Of a stretch of DNA of 64,000 bases, positions 12,265 to 25,145 are shown one piece after another. The notes below the pieces were generated by a model. The model was not told where the DNA came from, searched no databases, and saw only the letters and a program-made list of their open reading frames with translations. Position 1 is the first letter of the stretch, and each line of letters opens with the position of its first letter. This DNA is from Torpedo marmorata (taxonomy: Eukaryota), in assembly GCA_977017645.1 (NCBI GenBank), contig OZ360229.1:89528001-89592000 (forward strand), given 5' to 3'. The position numbers and the translations under genes were made by a program.

Positions 12265-13050
12265 CTACAAAAAGTCAGTAGAATTATATCAGAAAATAAA
12301 CAGCACACTTAAATTGTTCTGTAGATACGATTTAGTTAATGCGTCATGGCTATTCAAGTGTATCAACATTCGTAACTCTTCAAATCCAAATTCATGCGAC
12401 AGATTTTTGAATAGAGTCCCATTGTAAATACCTTTATTCAAATAGACCTTCACAAGAAGAATATCCAGTACATTTTACAATAAATATGATCACGTGATAG
12501 ATATGAAAATGGAATGATCAGGAAGCCAGGATGAATATACATGTACATAGAGAACAGTGACATAGGGCAATGACTACCCCAACCATCCCAGAACATTTTA
12601 GAACTTCAATTGGAGGAGTGCCTTCTAAACTTTGGCACAAACTAGAGTAAACAGGTTTCTTCCCAATCTTTAATTCAGATTACAATGGTGCCCATGAGAA
12701 TTCCCAAAATCATTACCAGCAATTTTCTGCATATTATTGTGAAAAGTAGACATGTTCACAACATGCCTTTATATCATTTCATTCAAAGTCAGAAGTTTTA
12801 AGTAGATCAAATGCACTGTCCTTGAGGTTGGTGGAAGTGGTGGGAGGGCATGGATAAATGCAAATTTCTTACACAATCAATTTTAGAAATTTACCAAGCA
12901 ACATAGTACAAAGTGGTAACTTGGTGTTATGGTGGCAGAATTAACAAAATGAAGAGTCATCATGCACTGATCCATTACACCAATGGAATGTTTCCATGCA
13001 GGAGTCTTCCCTGGTTCAATTGTGCTATGCAATATTTTATCCCTCTACAT

Positions 13051-13311
13051 TAGCCATTCTCAATCTTTTTTTCAGCTATGTTCCTACCCCCCCCCCCCCC
13101 CCACACTCTGCTCAAAGTTTATGGGCTCCCTTCCCCGTGAAGAAGTCAAGTTTTGGTTTCTTCTGTACTTCCAATTACATTTTTTTTAAAACAGAAAAAA
13201 AAATGTTTAGGTTGCATGGAGTGAAAAATAAATCAAGGCTTTTACTAAAATGTGCTGTGGCCCCTGGGGTGGGGGGGGGGGGGCGCGTAGGGCCCCCTTT
13301 GAGAATGGCTG
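13051..13311. mobile_element. Non-autonomous hAT (Charlie-like) MITE
   Basis: TIR (T)AGCCATTCTCAA / TTGAGAATGGCTG. 8-bp TSD CTCTACAT/CTCTAAAT. Second copy at 35623. Confidence 0.85.
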
Positions 13312-13500
13312 CTCTAAATTATTGTCTTTTGCTTCACAGTTAGTAAGAAATATGTTGAAAAGCTTGCAAGCATGCTTTTAGAAATGGGCACTGATTAATG
13401 GAGGGAAGAAAATATAAATGAAAATTGCATTCTACATTTCCCAGGGCTAACGTGGTCAATAGTCACAGCAAATGTGAACCCTTAGATTTCTTATTTCTAC

Positions 13501-13629
13501 CTTGAAATCCACTCTGATCCTGTGGACTCCATCTGCCAATAGCTTCTGTTTTCCACAACTGACATTTGTGAACGTGGTGAGCAGATTCAGAGTACTGGGT
13601 TCAAACTTACTGACAGGAATCACTTTGTC
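13501..13629 (-). CDS. KMT2A: KMT2A exon 9 equivalent
   Basis: 129 nt, AG/GT. DKVIPVSKFEPSTLNLLTTFTNVSCGKQKLLADGVHRIRVDFK. Confidence 0.96.
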
Positions 13630-13894
13630 CTAAAAATAAGAAGTAATGAAATCAATAAGTCTAATCTGCATTAAGATGCCATCTATTACTAATTATAAAA
13701 GCAGTGCCTGTGTAGGTAACACTACTAAAAAAAAAATCAAAACATTTCTAAATGAAATCCTTTACCCGGGGTCAACATTTCCAAAGCATACAATTTCTGT
13801 AAGTTCAAATACGATAGATCTCAATGCAAACTAATTTCTGAACAATAAATAAAATGAATGTCACTTGAATCTGGTTTATTTCAACCCCCTCCCC

Positions 13895-14068
13895 CAACCA
13901 ATTAGTTTTTCCTATCCTAATCCAGAGGAGTTGAGACCATCTGCAGAGATTCAGTTGCTGTCCCAGCTGAGATCAGCTCAATCAGCATGCATTAGGAATT
14001 GAAACAGAAAGCTTATCATCTGCATGACTCAGTATTACAAAATACAGTTTTATCCTGGGGAGCATTGC
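13895..14068 (-). mobile_element. Ancient LF-SINE-like fragment
   Basis: The minus strand reads TACTGAGTCATGCAGA...TGCTGATTGAGCTGATCTCAGCTGGG...TGGTCTCAACTCCTCTGGATTAGG..GGAAAAA, colinear with the LF-SINE 5' region as recalled. Confidence 0.55.
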
Positions 14069-14757
14069 GGAATGAATTTAATATAATTGGTGCAGGCAAA
14101 TTACTTTTCCAACTGAGTGAAATAAAAACAGAACCTTCAGTTCCAGAACTATACAGGTAGCAAGTGAAACCCTTTGGTTCACATTTCAACAGCAGGGAAA
14201 TTTTTTGAATATTTTAGAATCAGTATTTGGGGAAGGTGGTACGAGAAACTTGTTTTGTAGGCAACTTAGAGCTGACCTCTGTAACAAAATGCTTCAAGCT
14301 CAACATGTTCCTACTACCTCACACTGTAATGCATTTGGGCAAGAACAAGATTCCAAACTTGCTTTATCTCATGCATTGTTCCATTTGTTAGCCGTGTACC
14401 ACTACCATGAGGTTTTGTATTTCGACCACCTAAATGTCAATCATTTCTGAAACCTACCCTAATAATGAACATTTGCCCAAACAACTCTCCAATGAACAAA
14501 CAGCTAGAGGAAATCAATGGCACGAGGCGCACCTGTGCAGATGTAGTCACGACCTGACCATCCCTTTGCCTCCATATGTGCTGCTGGAGCCGCTGAGTTC
14601 CTCTTGCTATTTATTTTTTGCTCTAATGTCTTCAACTATGCAATTGTCTACAAGATTTCTCTCCAATACCCTCAAGTTCTCTTTCCAATAGCCCCAAGCC
14701 ATCTATTAGATCCTCTCTCCAAATCCTATCTCACTCACATTCACTCCCAAAAACATA

Positions 14758-14997
14758 GGGCAGCGCGGTTGGCGTAGCGGTTAGCGCAACGCCTCTGCAG
14801 CGCCAGCGATCGGGACCGGGGTTCGAATCCCGCGCTGTAAGGAGTTTGTACGTTCTCCGTGGGTTTTCCCCGAGGGCTCCGGTTTCATCCCACCGTTCGA
14901 AACGTACCGGGGGGTGTAGGTGAATTGGGTGTTAATTGGGCGGCACGGACTCATGGGCCGAAATGGCCTGTTACCGTGCTGTATGTCTAAATTTAAA
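14758..14997 (+). mobile_element. V-SINE (HE1-like), young CpG-rich copy
   Basis: Intact TGGCGTAGCGG and GGTTCGAATCC boxes, V-domain and CR1-like tail. Confidence 0.9.
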
Positions 14998-17900
14998 ATT
15001 TTAAATAATTTATAAATTATAAATCATAGAAGTTCCTTGCATAGTCCCAAAGGCATACATACCACAATTTGAGATAAGGATGCTATTTCAGTTCCTTTTT
15101 GAGTACATTTAATTTAGTAATATGAACGGAAGACTAGGAGTTAATATAATGCCTCACCTTTACTGTCTACGTAGTGGAAGTTGACCTAAACTAGACTTAA
15201 AAATATTTACTTTCCAAAGCAAGTGTATCTTAAAATTTGTTAAAACAGATCTATTTTGCGATCTGATTTTATTTTGTTCCAGTGGAGAAATGCCAGGTCT
15301 TCACTTCACAGATGTCCAGAAATCAAATTCAGACTACACCAGACTAAATCGAATTCCAGCACAGGTCCACAACCAATCACTCAATTGTACAGCATATTAT
15401 CATGTTCTGCAGAAAAACTGCTCAAATAAATCACTGAATGAAATAATGTGCTCTCAATCAAAAAAATTAGTGAATAACTTAACTGTAAAGAGTGTCACAG
15501 TCTTGGAAGTCAACTCCACTCATCACGAGCACTCAAAGAATACTAGCACTCACCAATCCAATGTTAATAGCAATAAACTATCATTTTTTTTCCCCCAGAG
15601 ATGAGCATCTAGGTCCTCATGAACTAATGCAGTTCATTCCACTTCAAATCAATGGACACGCTACAATGGAAAGTTCCTTAGAGATAGGCAAATTATTTAA
15701 CTGTGAATCAGGTAATATAACCTCTAACATTCATTTGCGTTTACACTGCCTCGTGCCTATCGTACATCATAACGAACGGGGGTCCAACCAAAAGCCAATT
15801 ACAGTCGGAGCATCAAAACAGTAGCCTTTCGCATCATCTAGAACAATACATTTGAAACTTCATTCTGCCAAACTAGGAAGCATTAACATTTTTCTTCATC
15901 AATGCTCCTTAACTCAACTTTGCTATTAGGAGCCAACAGTGAAATGGAATTGTGTAGAATAAAATTAAATCAGAGCTGGCCTTTCCTACTAAAGGAAATA
16001 AACAAAAATAGTTAGCGTTATCGGCAAAAAGCTAAAAAGCATAATGCTCTTTCAAAGAATGTACACGATATCCAATTTTAATAAAACAGATAAGGTTTCA
16101 TTTAATGAACAGGAGGGAAAGAAAACACCATCTTAGACTCAAATGGATTGATAAATGAAAAATTATTTCAGTACTCACAGCAGTTTTACTCATTGCAAAG
16201 CACAATTGGGGTTTAATATTTCCTCATCTCTCTTCTAGTCTCTTTTCTGTGCTTCACCTTTTATGCATTATATTTTCCTTCTCCACTCTCCTATTTAGAT
16301 CTCAGTTGAAACTTTCTAATTCATGACTTCTGTGTTGACTGTCTTTCTTCATGCTCTTCTCAGTGTCCCTTGTTCTCATTTATTCTGACTCAGTTTTCTC
16401 CTCTTAATTTTCATACTTTGATTCTTTCTTTCAGTACTCCCTCTGCCCGCTCAACAGAAACCTTCCATCAAGCAGCCTGGCAGTCTATAGAGATTTTAGT
16501 ATGAATTCACTGCCTCGTAAAAGTGGAAGAACATGTGGTTAAGTCCAATTTATCAAATACAGAGCCCCTACCCGAGCCAAGCTGCAGAAGACATTAATCC
16601 TGAGGGAGTGAAGGAATCTTCAACAGAAAAATCAACCTGAGCAACATTTGTACACCTTCCCGCAGAATGACAGAGCAGCTCAGGCAAAGAGCTGAAAGAA
16701 ACCCATCCTGGTCAATAAAAGTGAGAAGCACTACTGTTAAAAAACATCAACTCCACTGCCCTTTTTTCTTTTTAAATCAGTGAAATGTGAATACAAGATA
16801 AAGCACCCTAGATGGAATATTTCAATGCACTGTGGGAAAAACATGTTAGTATCATGTTTACAGGCTAGAAAAAGGCATGTGTGTTTAATACACTGTTCCT
16901 TAACATTAACTCAAACTTCAGGATCTAAGTCAGCAGAAACCATCGAGATGGCAGCGATTCTCTGCCAAGAAAAGATGAATCTTAGATTTGGATGGCTCTA
17001 CAAAAAAAAAAAATGCAATTTTGAAAAGCCCAATTAAAGCCAAAGCAGGAATTGTGTGCACGTTAGCAATGAAACCCTCTTTAAAAAAAATTCTGTGTTC
17101 GTTGCTCAAAGTAAACACCCTTTACATGACGAGCATATTTGAGGTTTCAGTTTACAATTTTAACAAGACCAGAAAAGAAATCATTTCTCTCATAATGAAA
17201 TAAAGTCATATTGAACAAGTAAACGAGAAGTGACAATGCTTCTACCAAAAGTAATAAAAGCTGAGCTTTAAGAAATAGCATTCCCTGAGGCGAGCTGGAA
17301 TTTTGGAGTGTAGACTGGGAAATAATAGATTTGGTCTCCATGAGCTTTCATTATGGGAAGTTAGCTTCTGATTTCCTGCTGTACTTCACCAATAAGACAA
17401 GACTTGGTTTCTGGGTAATTTTAAAAATTAACTACAAAGAAAGTAGCCACACTGGATTACATTTCAAAGATGTCCACATAGATAAAGACATTACTTAGAA
17501 CTGGATTAAGGGATATAGGCCTAGAATGTGCTGTCAACTGCTCTCAGCCAGGGCAACAGTTGGGATGCTACAAATGGTCTCAGTATCCCTGTCACAAATG
17601 TAAAAAGAAAATTATCAAGTAAAACGTCTGTAATGCTCCATACAGTCAAGGAGTTTATGGCACTCACTGTCTGGATTCGCATACATTAAAATGCACATTT
17701 GGCAATGCACCAGGAAACTGCCAGCCTTAGTGGAATTGTACCTGCACAAAGTAGGAGGTGGGGAGGAAATAAGGGAATTCATTTTAAAACAAGGTAATCT
17801 CCCTTTCAAACTATAAAGTTTCTACGTGAACCAAAATCAACAACACTACAAGTTTGCCCAATCCCATCAAATGATTCTCCACAGGTGGATAACACTAAGG

Positions 17901-18581
17901 AAGACATCAGGAAGAAAAATGATGCTTTCCTTCAAGTAGTGAATGGTCCCAAGGAGAATCAACAACAGGCTTCTCTTGTACATCCAGACAGACTCTGATA
18001 ACACATGCTGTACTTGTGCATGGCATGATGAAAAAGAGAAAGGGGCGAGGAAGACATGACTACAAACTAAAAGATGCAGTTATACAAGCTTTACAATTGG
18101 ATGTTCCTGAACAGAACTCAGCACAACACAAGTGTGGTCTACCAATGCGAGTACACATCTGACCTATGGTCTACAGTTACCTGTTATAACTCTACTGGTT
18201 GGAAAACTGCAGTAAAAATATCTGGCACATTGAGCATCACATATCTGAATCCCAGTTTATGTTACATTACATTGCACTGGGAATTGTAAATTGTGAAATC
18301 TAACCTGCGTAATACTGAAGGAACCTTTTGGCCTCAACATGAAACAGAGTTTAAGGCACTGTTCTGCTATTCATCTGGAACACAATAGTACAGCAAAAAG
18401 ACCAACTGATGTCTGGGACCTATAGAAGACACCTTAGGCAAATTAATTATTAAAAGTCTTGATACCGTGGCATACTTATTAATGTCACCAGAAGAACCTA
18501 GGAGAACACATGTATGCCAGAATGTTTGGAATTGATCTTTAATGTAGAATTAAAAACCTAAGATGAAAGTTTAAATCTCAC

Positions 18582-18658
18582 CTTTTCTTTCGGCTTTTTA
18601 GTTTTTAACTGAATATTGAAACGAGCAGGGGGTTTCTTCTGCTTGATCAGCTCTAGTG
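18582..18658 (-). CDS. KMT2A: KMT2A exon 8 equivalent
   Basis: 77 nt, AG/GTGAG, phase 1 to 0 as required to join exons 7 and 9. (A)LELIKQKKPPARFNIQLKTKKPKEK. Confidence 0.88.
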
Positions 18659-19019
18659 CTGGGGAAACAAAGATTTTATTAAATGATAAGCCAAGATGAA
18701 CCTTTTACTGACCACAGGTTCACACTTTGTGAGGCATTTTCCCCCACTCAATTTGATAAATGCAGTAAAATCCTGTTTTCTGGCAAAAGGCACAGCTGCC
18801 TTTTTTTGACTGAAAACGTCAGCAACTTTGTAGAACCTTTAACAAATATAACCCCATGGTGCTCCCGAATGAGTCAAATAATAAAGGCAGAATATAACTG
18901 AGCCATATGGACCACAAGGTCACACTGTATGTGTTTAATTAAAATGTCACCCAGTGCAGCATTTGGGGTTCTACGAATGGCCTCAGCATTCTACAAGCAG
19001 GCTCCAATCAAGTGAGACT

Positions 19020-19250
19020 CCAGCTTCAGTGACTCGGTCTGGGCATGGCATAGGAACACTCCAAGTCACACACCTTTCTGATGAGGAAAAATATTACCAT
19101 TCCTTCAATATCCCTGGTTCTAAATTCTTGAATACCTTTCCTGAACTTATTGCAGTCCACCTGCTGAAGGTGAGGCTACAAGTCCATAAAGCTAGCCCAC
19201 CACCAACCCACTCAAGGCAAGTTAAGGATGGGCAAGACAGATACTCCTGA
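19020..19250 (+). mobile_element. Old CR1-like LINE 3' fragment (an inverted relative lies at about 33260-33445)
   Basis: CACCACCAACCCACTCAAGGCAAGTTAAGGATGGGCAA-type 3' end, highly degraded. Confidence 0.4.
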
Positions 19251-20212
19251 TAGGTGACAAATGCACTTGTACATTTATTTTGTATGGCCCAGCTTTGTTA
19301 GGCTGAGCTGCCATGTAGTGGCAGGGAAATTAGCTGCATTGTCACCCAAGATCCATCGGGAATTAGAATGTTGAGGCGAGTAGTTTGCTTGCCTGCTCTT
19401 TTTGTTAGGAAATAAAGAACCCTACCAAGGAAGAATTAAATTAAATAAGTAAACTGAAAACAGATCATACATTTCAGGTCAATTACACACCAGCCACTGA
19501 ATTATTTGGCACATAATCCCAATAGCAAATGCACCAATGAATACAAGTAAACAGAATGACTGCATGGAAATTTTCATGCTCTCAGATGAATGATTATGGC
19601 AGCAAATGGAGATGACCACTCTTCAGAAATAGGAGTGATATACAATTTTTTAAAAATCTGATTGTTATGTAAACATGCTACAGAATTTTCCACTACCTGC
19701 CTGCAAGGAGGCTTTCTACAATCCCATCCTGGAAAGAGAATATTTACCTTGGCAAGACAGAACCAGCGTCAATCAGTTCCATGGTGTGAAAAATAATGCT
19801 GCAGCCCTCAGCCAAAAGACACAATCTAGCAAATCACAATGCTGCTTGCAGGGTGGTAGATCTGATTGCAGTGTCACTCTGTTCACACTCACTGCAAGAA
19901 CCTACCAACTACTTCACTCCTCCCACTTGCAAGTACTCAAACCTATATCCAATGTAGAGCAAGGTTTAACAGTCGTTACGCAAACTACAAGCCCATTATG
20001 CCATGCAGGGGTGCAGGTGAAGTGGAGGGAAGTGGCAGCATAGGATGAAAATTTGCACCTTGAAATTTAAACTGTACAATATTGATAAATATGCTTATTT
20101 CAACTGAGTTGGTGTCTTTTCAGAAAAGACTGAGAAGCTTCATAAGAAATTAGTACTAATATTACAGAACAAGAGATTCTACATAAACTTGACCTTGCCA
20201 TGTTCATGTTAC

Positions 20213-20575
20213 CTGATTCAATTTGCGGTGGCTGTTTTTTCTTTGGGTCAATCAACACCGGTTTGACAGATTCTTTCTTTAATTGCACAAGACCAGGTTG
20301 TAGAGGCATAATAGGTTCAGGTGGCTGAGGAAGTTGTTTGCTGGGTTTTCGCAGAGGTGAAACCACTACAGCCTGTTGCAGAGCTTCAGAAGGTGGAGAG
20401 GAGCTGCCTTCCTCAAACTGCTGGTCACTGTGTTGATGAGGAACCTGGTTTACTTTCTGTAAGTGCTCTTGTGAAACACTCTGCGGAGAGCTTTTATGGC
20501 TGATGTCAGTCTGCTGTTTTTCTGGTGGCATCTCCTTTCTATCTTGTATTTTTGTTTTCTTTTCCTTTTTCTTCA
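20213..20575 (-). CDS. KMT2A: KMT2A exon 7 equivalent
   Basis: 363 nt, AG/GT, phase 1 to 1. (V)KKKEKKTK...PKKKQPPQIES. Confidence 0.93.
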
Positions 20576-20838
20576 CTAATAATCAAGGTTAAAGTTTATT
20601 AGGTAAATTTATGAACAGACACAATTCTAATCAAGCTCATAAATTCCTATTTTCTCTCCTAAAGGCATTTACCAAAGATAAAATATAGTTTACTGTGCCT
20701 CAGATACCATATTCAAACAGCCATTCCTTATGCCGGGTTCATGCATTTATTTTTTATTTAACTCTGACCCAGTCCCGCAGCTTAATCTACCAACTAGTGT
20801 CCAGCTCTGGGCAGTTCAGTAGTGTGGACAACACTTAC

Positions 20839-20903
20839 CTTTAACTGGCTTTGGAGGAGGTACTTTGGAAGGCATCCATTGCAGATTCTGACATTTCCGC
20901 ATT
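20839..20903 (-). CDS. KMT2A: KMT2A exon 6 equivalent (end of CXXC)
   Basis: 65 nt, AG/GT. (K)MRKCQNLQWMPSKVPPPKPVK. Confidence 0.97.
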
Positions 20904-21324
20904 CTGCATTTAAAAAGAGGTTGCAAGATGTTATGAAATGGCATAAAATGATACAGATTAACAAACTGTTCCATCCACTTGAGTCTGCGGACACTACGTC
21001 TATAACAGCTTAGTCTCAAATTTGATCGTCTGTCTCAATGGAAACACCTTCACATATTTATCAAGTCAGAAATACTACAAATCATATGCACTGACTCCCT
21101 ACATCGGGGGTTATACACAAATGCATACAGATCCCACAAAACATATTTAGAGAGCCTGAAAGCTCAAAAGGGTCTGGAATAAAGGGCAGACTCTTCTATT
21201 ATTCCAGATTGATTCCCTGCAACTCAAGTTAGCAATTTTTTCTCTGGAGAAGTAAATCTCTGGCCTACTGCAATGCTACAATTGTAGGTAAATTCTATGA
21301 CACACGCATACGTACAGATTATAT

Positions 21325-22960
21325 AAGAATTAGAAGAAGAATTAGACCACGAGACCTCTCACATTTGCTCTGCCTTTCAATAAAATTAAGGCTGATCTTC
21401 TTACCATTTTAACCCTCTCAATCCAGCCTAGCCTGGAAAACTTTAACTCCTTCATTTATCAAAAATACATCTTTCTCTGCCTTAGTTATCACAGACTCTG
21501 CTTCTCTTGTCTCTCCAGAGAAAGGATTCCAAAAGCTCAAGACCACCTGATGGAAACCAGTTCAATGCACTGCAATCATTTAGATAATACTCTTGTTTAT
21601 CTTGCCAAATGATCAATTTCACATTTTCCCCCACATTAAACTCCATTTGCCAGACCATTGCCCATTCATTTAATCTATTTATGTCCCTTCTGTAACCTCA
21701 TGTCCTTTTTACAACTTACCCACTCACAGCAAAATTACCAATCATGCTTTTGGTGCCATCATCCAAGTCATTTACATAAATTATAAATACTTAAACCCAA
21801 AGCACCATCAATCTTGTAACTCACAATTACATCTTCCCAGTTAGAAAACAACTTCTGCCTACTCTGTCTTGTTAGTCGGCCAATCTTCTATACACACCAA
21901 TATACTTACTGCCTCTTGCAATGAATTACTTTCTGAAATAAACTTCAAAACACCTTATAAAATACCTTCAGGAAATCCAAGTGCAGCATATCCATCAGCT
22001 TTCCTTTATTATAGCATTTCCTCAAAGAACGCCAATAAAATGGTCAAACATGGCTTCCCTTTCACAAAACCACGTTTTCTAGCAATGACAGATGTTAAAC
22101 TAACTAGTCAGTGATGTCATGCTTTCTTTCTCCCTTCCTTTATGAATAAAGGAGTTGAATTAACCATTTTCCTAACTAATAAATCTTTCCTGAATCTGTG
22201 AAGTTTTGTAAAATTGAAATCAATACATTAACCACCACATTTTTAAAACCCAGGGTGAAGTTCACACTCCAACAAATTTGCTGAGTTCCACTTTCCTAAT
22301 GATTCTCATTTTTCCTGAGTTCCTTCTCTTCCAATTTCTGATTTACAAACATTTCTGGAATATTACTTGCATTCTCCATTGAGAAGATAGAACACAAAAC
22401 AGTGCAGCACCACAACAGGCCCTTCAGCCCACCATGTCAGCATTGATCATGCTACCAATCTAACTAACCTCACCGTCTGCAACCCTCTATTCACCGCCTG
22501 TTCATGGGTCGGTTGAAATGCCTCTGAAAAGTTGCTATCATATCTGCTTCTACCAAGTCCACTGACCGCATGTTTCAGGCACCTATAACTTGCCTTGCAC
22601 ATCTTTAAATTTTCCCCCTCATCCTAAACCTACGCCCTCTGGTATTTGACATTTTCACTCCAGGAAAAAGACACTGACTAGCTCCCCTAACTATGCCACT
22701 CGTAATTTTATAAACCCCAGCTTCTGTCACTCCAGAGAAAACAATCTAAGTTTGTCCAAACTCTCCAATTCAGGCAACATCCTGGTGAGCCTCTTCTGCA
22801 CCATTTCCAAACACTCTACATAGTTATAGTACGGTAACCTCAACTGCATACAATACTCTAAATGTGGCCTAAAGTTTTATACAGATGCAACATGACTTGC
22901 AAATTTTATACTCAATGTCAATGATGATTGTGAAGATTGATGCAAAATATCTGTTTAATT
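21325..22960 (-). mobile_element. Nested degraded CR1 LINE fragments
   Basis: CR1-like blocks AAACTCCATTTGCCA, ACAGGCCCTTCAGCCCACC (a second 3' end at about 22390) and AACTGCATACAATACTCTAAATGTGGCCT. No open frame. Confidence 0.65.
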
Positions 22961-23599
22961 TGAGTAGCATAGATAAAGCTGAAATGTTATTCGGCTAGAA
23001 CAAACCACATTAAAATCCAATACCAAGCCAAATCAAAACATCCATCTTCAATTTTTATCTAAGTTCAATAAATAGGGATCAAGGAAGAATCCACTGTTGA
23101 CTTTCCCCAACCTAAGCAGAGTTGCAACTGAAAATTTATAGTTGATCAGTTTTCCTGAACGACATCAGTGAAGCAGAATGAACAAGGATAGAATCCGGAA
23201 CTTTCCTGCATTCTGCAAAAAGAATTTGCCAGCAACAGATGTTTGCATTCCTCATCCAACATCTTCACTATGTAAATCAAGGATTAAATATTAAACCGAG
23301 GGTCAGCATGCTATAAACTGGGCATTAAACCTTTCATGGCTCTATTTGAAAAATCTGTATTCCACCACAAATTCATCTGTCAATCCAAACCACAAAACTG
23401 ATCATTCATTTTCTTTACTGTTTAAAAACACAAATTGCATGCAACATAACAATCATATTTGCCTATTGCAGCAAAAAAAAATCATTTGCGAATATGAAAT
23501 ATTTCTCAGATAAGCCACTGCATAGATAAATCTTACCATTTCAGAAAAATATTTAACCCACTCTTGATTTCAAATAGCTGCATATGAAATTTTACTCAC

Positions 23600-23825
23600 T
23601 TGCAGCATTGCTTTTTGACATTTCGACCACCAAACTTGGGCTTATCCAAGCAATTTGTACATTGGCCACAGTCGTCTGGAACTTGGCAGCCTGGACACTG
23701 CCCACACCTACGTGACCTCCTCCCTTTTCGAACAATTGGCTCCTGTGGGACTTTGTGTTTGGCGACTGGTTTAATTACTGGTGTTGGTGGTTCAGCATCC
23801 TCTGACCCAGCTACTGATGATTTAT
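23600..23825 (-). CDS. KMT2A: KMT2A exon 5 equivalent (CXXC domain)
   Basis: 226 nt, AG/GT, phase 1 to 2. (D)KSSVAGSEDAEPP...RKGRRSRRCGQCPGCQVPDDCGQCTNCLDKPKFGGRNVKKQCC. Confidence 0.98.
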
Positions 23826-24494
23826 CTGCAAGACAGAGATGGTTTCATATTGATTGCTTCCTTAAGTGCAAGTGGTTAAAATCTGATCTGATCTGAATTT
23901 CTGTCCGGAGGTGTCGTCCAAGGATACATAGCATTGGCGGGAGATCCTGTTCACCTTGGAAGTGTTTTAATTTCCACTGAGCAACAGTCATCTAAATAAT
24001 CCAAGACTATTTTTTTAAGTTTACAACAGAAGTATTGTCAGGTAAATAAATAAGCACAGGCAATCCCTGCGTTATGGGGAGATTGCATTCCTAGAAAACC
24101 GTCTGCATTGCGATTTTCCGAAACACAAAGCCGTATCATCTTCAATTGTCAAGAAAGTCAAGTTGAAAAAAATTAACTATTTCCTGTATAAATTTGATTA
24201 AATTTTTATTCTGTTCCCAAGATTTACTGGTAATGAATTCAGTAAGGGTACATTTCTGTTATTGAAACTAGTGTAACACAGGGTAGAGGATTTCAAAGGC
24301 TTTTTGCTTACTGCCTTGAATACCCTGCTGGCTACAGGTGTAAAAATTTTGATGTCATCAAGAACCAAAAGAGTGTCTGTTATTTTTAAGGTCATGAACT
24401 AGAGTTTTAAAATTTTAATCTAATCCATCAGATTTATCATAAGACCGAGAAACGTTCATATGGTCAAACAAAAGCAAAATATGAATCTTCTGAG

Positions 24495-25145
24495 TTAAAC
24501 AGGAAAGTCTGCAGATGCTGTGATTGATGTACAATACACATACGTGCTGGAGAAACTCAGCAGGTGACGTAGCATCTATAGGAAGCAAAGGGTTTACTTA
24601 TAGGAAGCAAAGGGTAACCAACATTTCAGACCTGAGCCCGTCGTCAAGGTTTGAGCAAAAAGCAGGCAAGTGCCTGAATAAAAAGGTGGGGGGAGGGGAG
24701 GAGAGGAGGGAGGAAGGGCCAGGGGGAAGAGAACAAGCTAAAAGGTCATAGGTGGATATGGGTGGTAGAAGAGAAACAAATCTGAGAAAGATAGGCAGAG
24801 GAGGTAGCTCTCTAAATGGAGAGGGAAGGGGGTGGGGAGCTGGAGTAAAGGAGACAAAGGGATAGGGAAGAGAGAGACTCAGGAGGGGTTTAACAGAAAC
24901 TGGGGAAGTCAATATTAATACTGTCTAGCTGCAGAGTGCCCAGGCAGAATATTAGGTGTTTTCCCTCCAATTTTCAGATAGCCTTGGTTTGCCAGTGCAC
25001 GAGGCCATGGACAGACATGTCGATGTGAGAATAAATTGTGGAATTAAAGTGATTGGTCACTGGGAGGTCCCTGTTATTGAAGTGGACAGAGCAAAGGTGC
25101 TCAATGAAACTATCTCCCAGTCTGCATCTAAGTGTCACTTCACTT
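24495..25145 (-). mobile_element. Penelope-like retroelement 3' portion (GIY-YIG C-terminus plus pseudo-LTR)
   Basis: RLGDSFIEHLCSV...DLPVTNHFNS..SHIDMSVHGL, followed by a pyrimidine-rich tract and the CTGCTGAGTTTCTCCAGCA terminal motif. Confidence 0.8.

Noticed and set aside
14758-14835. tRNA gene
   Set aside because: This is the tRNA-like head of a V-SINE, repeated many times with the same body and tail.
22830-22836. TACGGTA as an excision footprint
   Set aside because: It falls where CR1 natively has a similar TAGTGCGGTGACC-like sequence, so no insertion can be shown.
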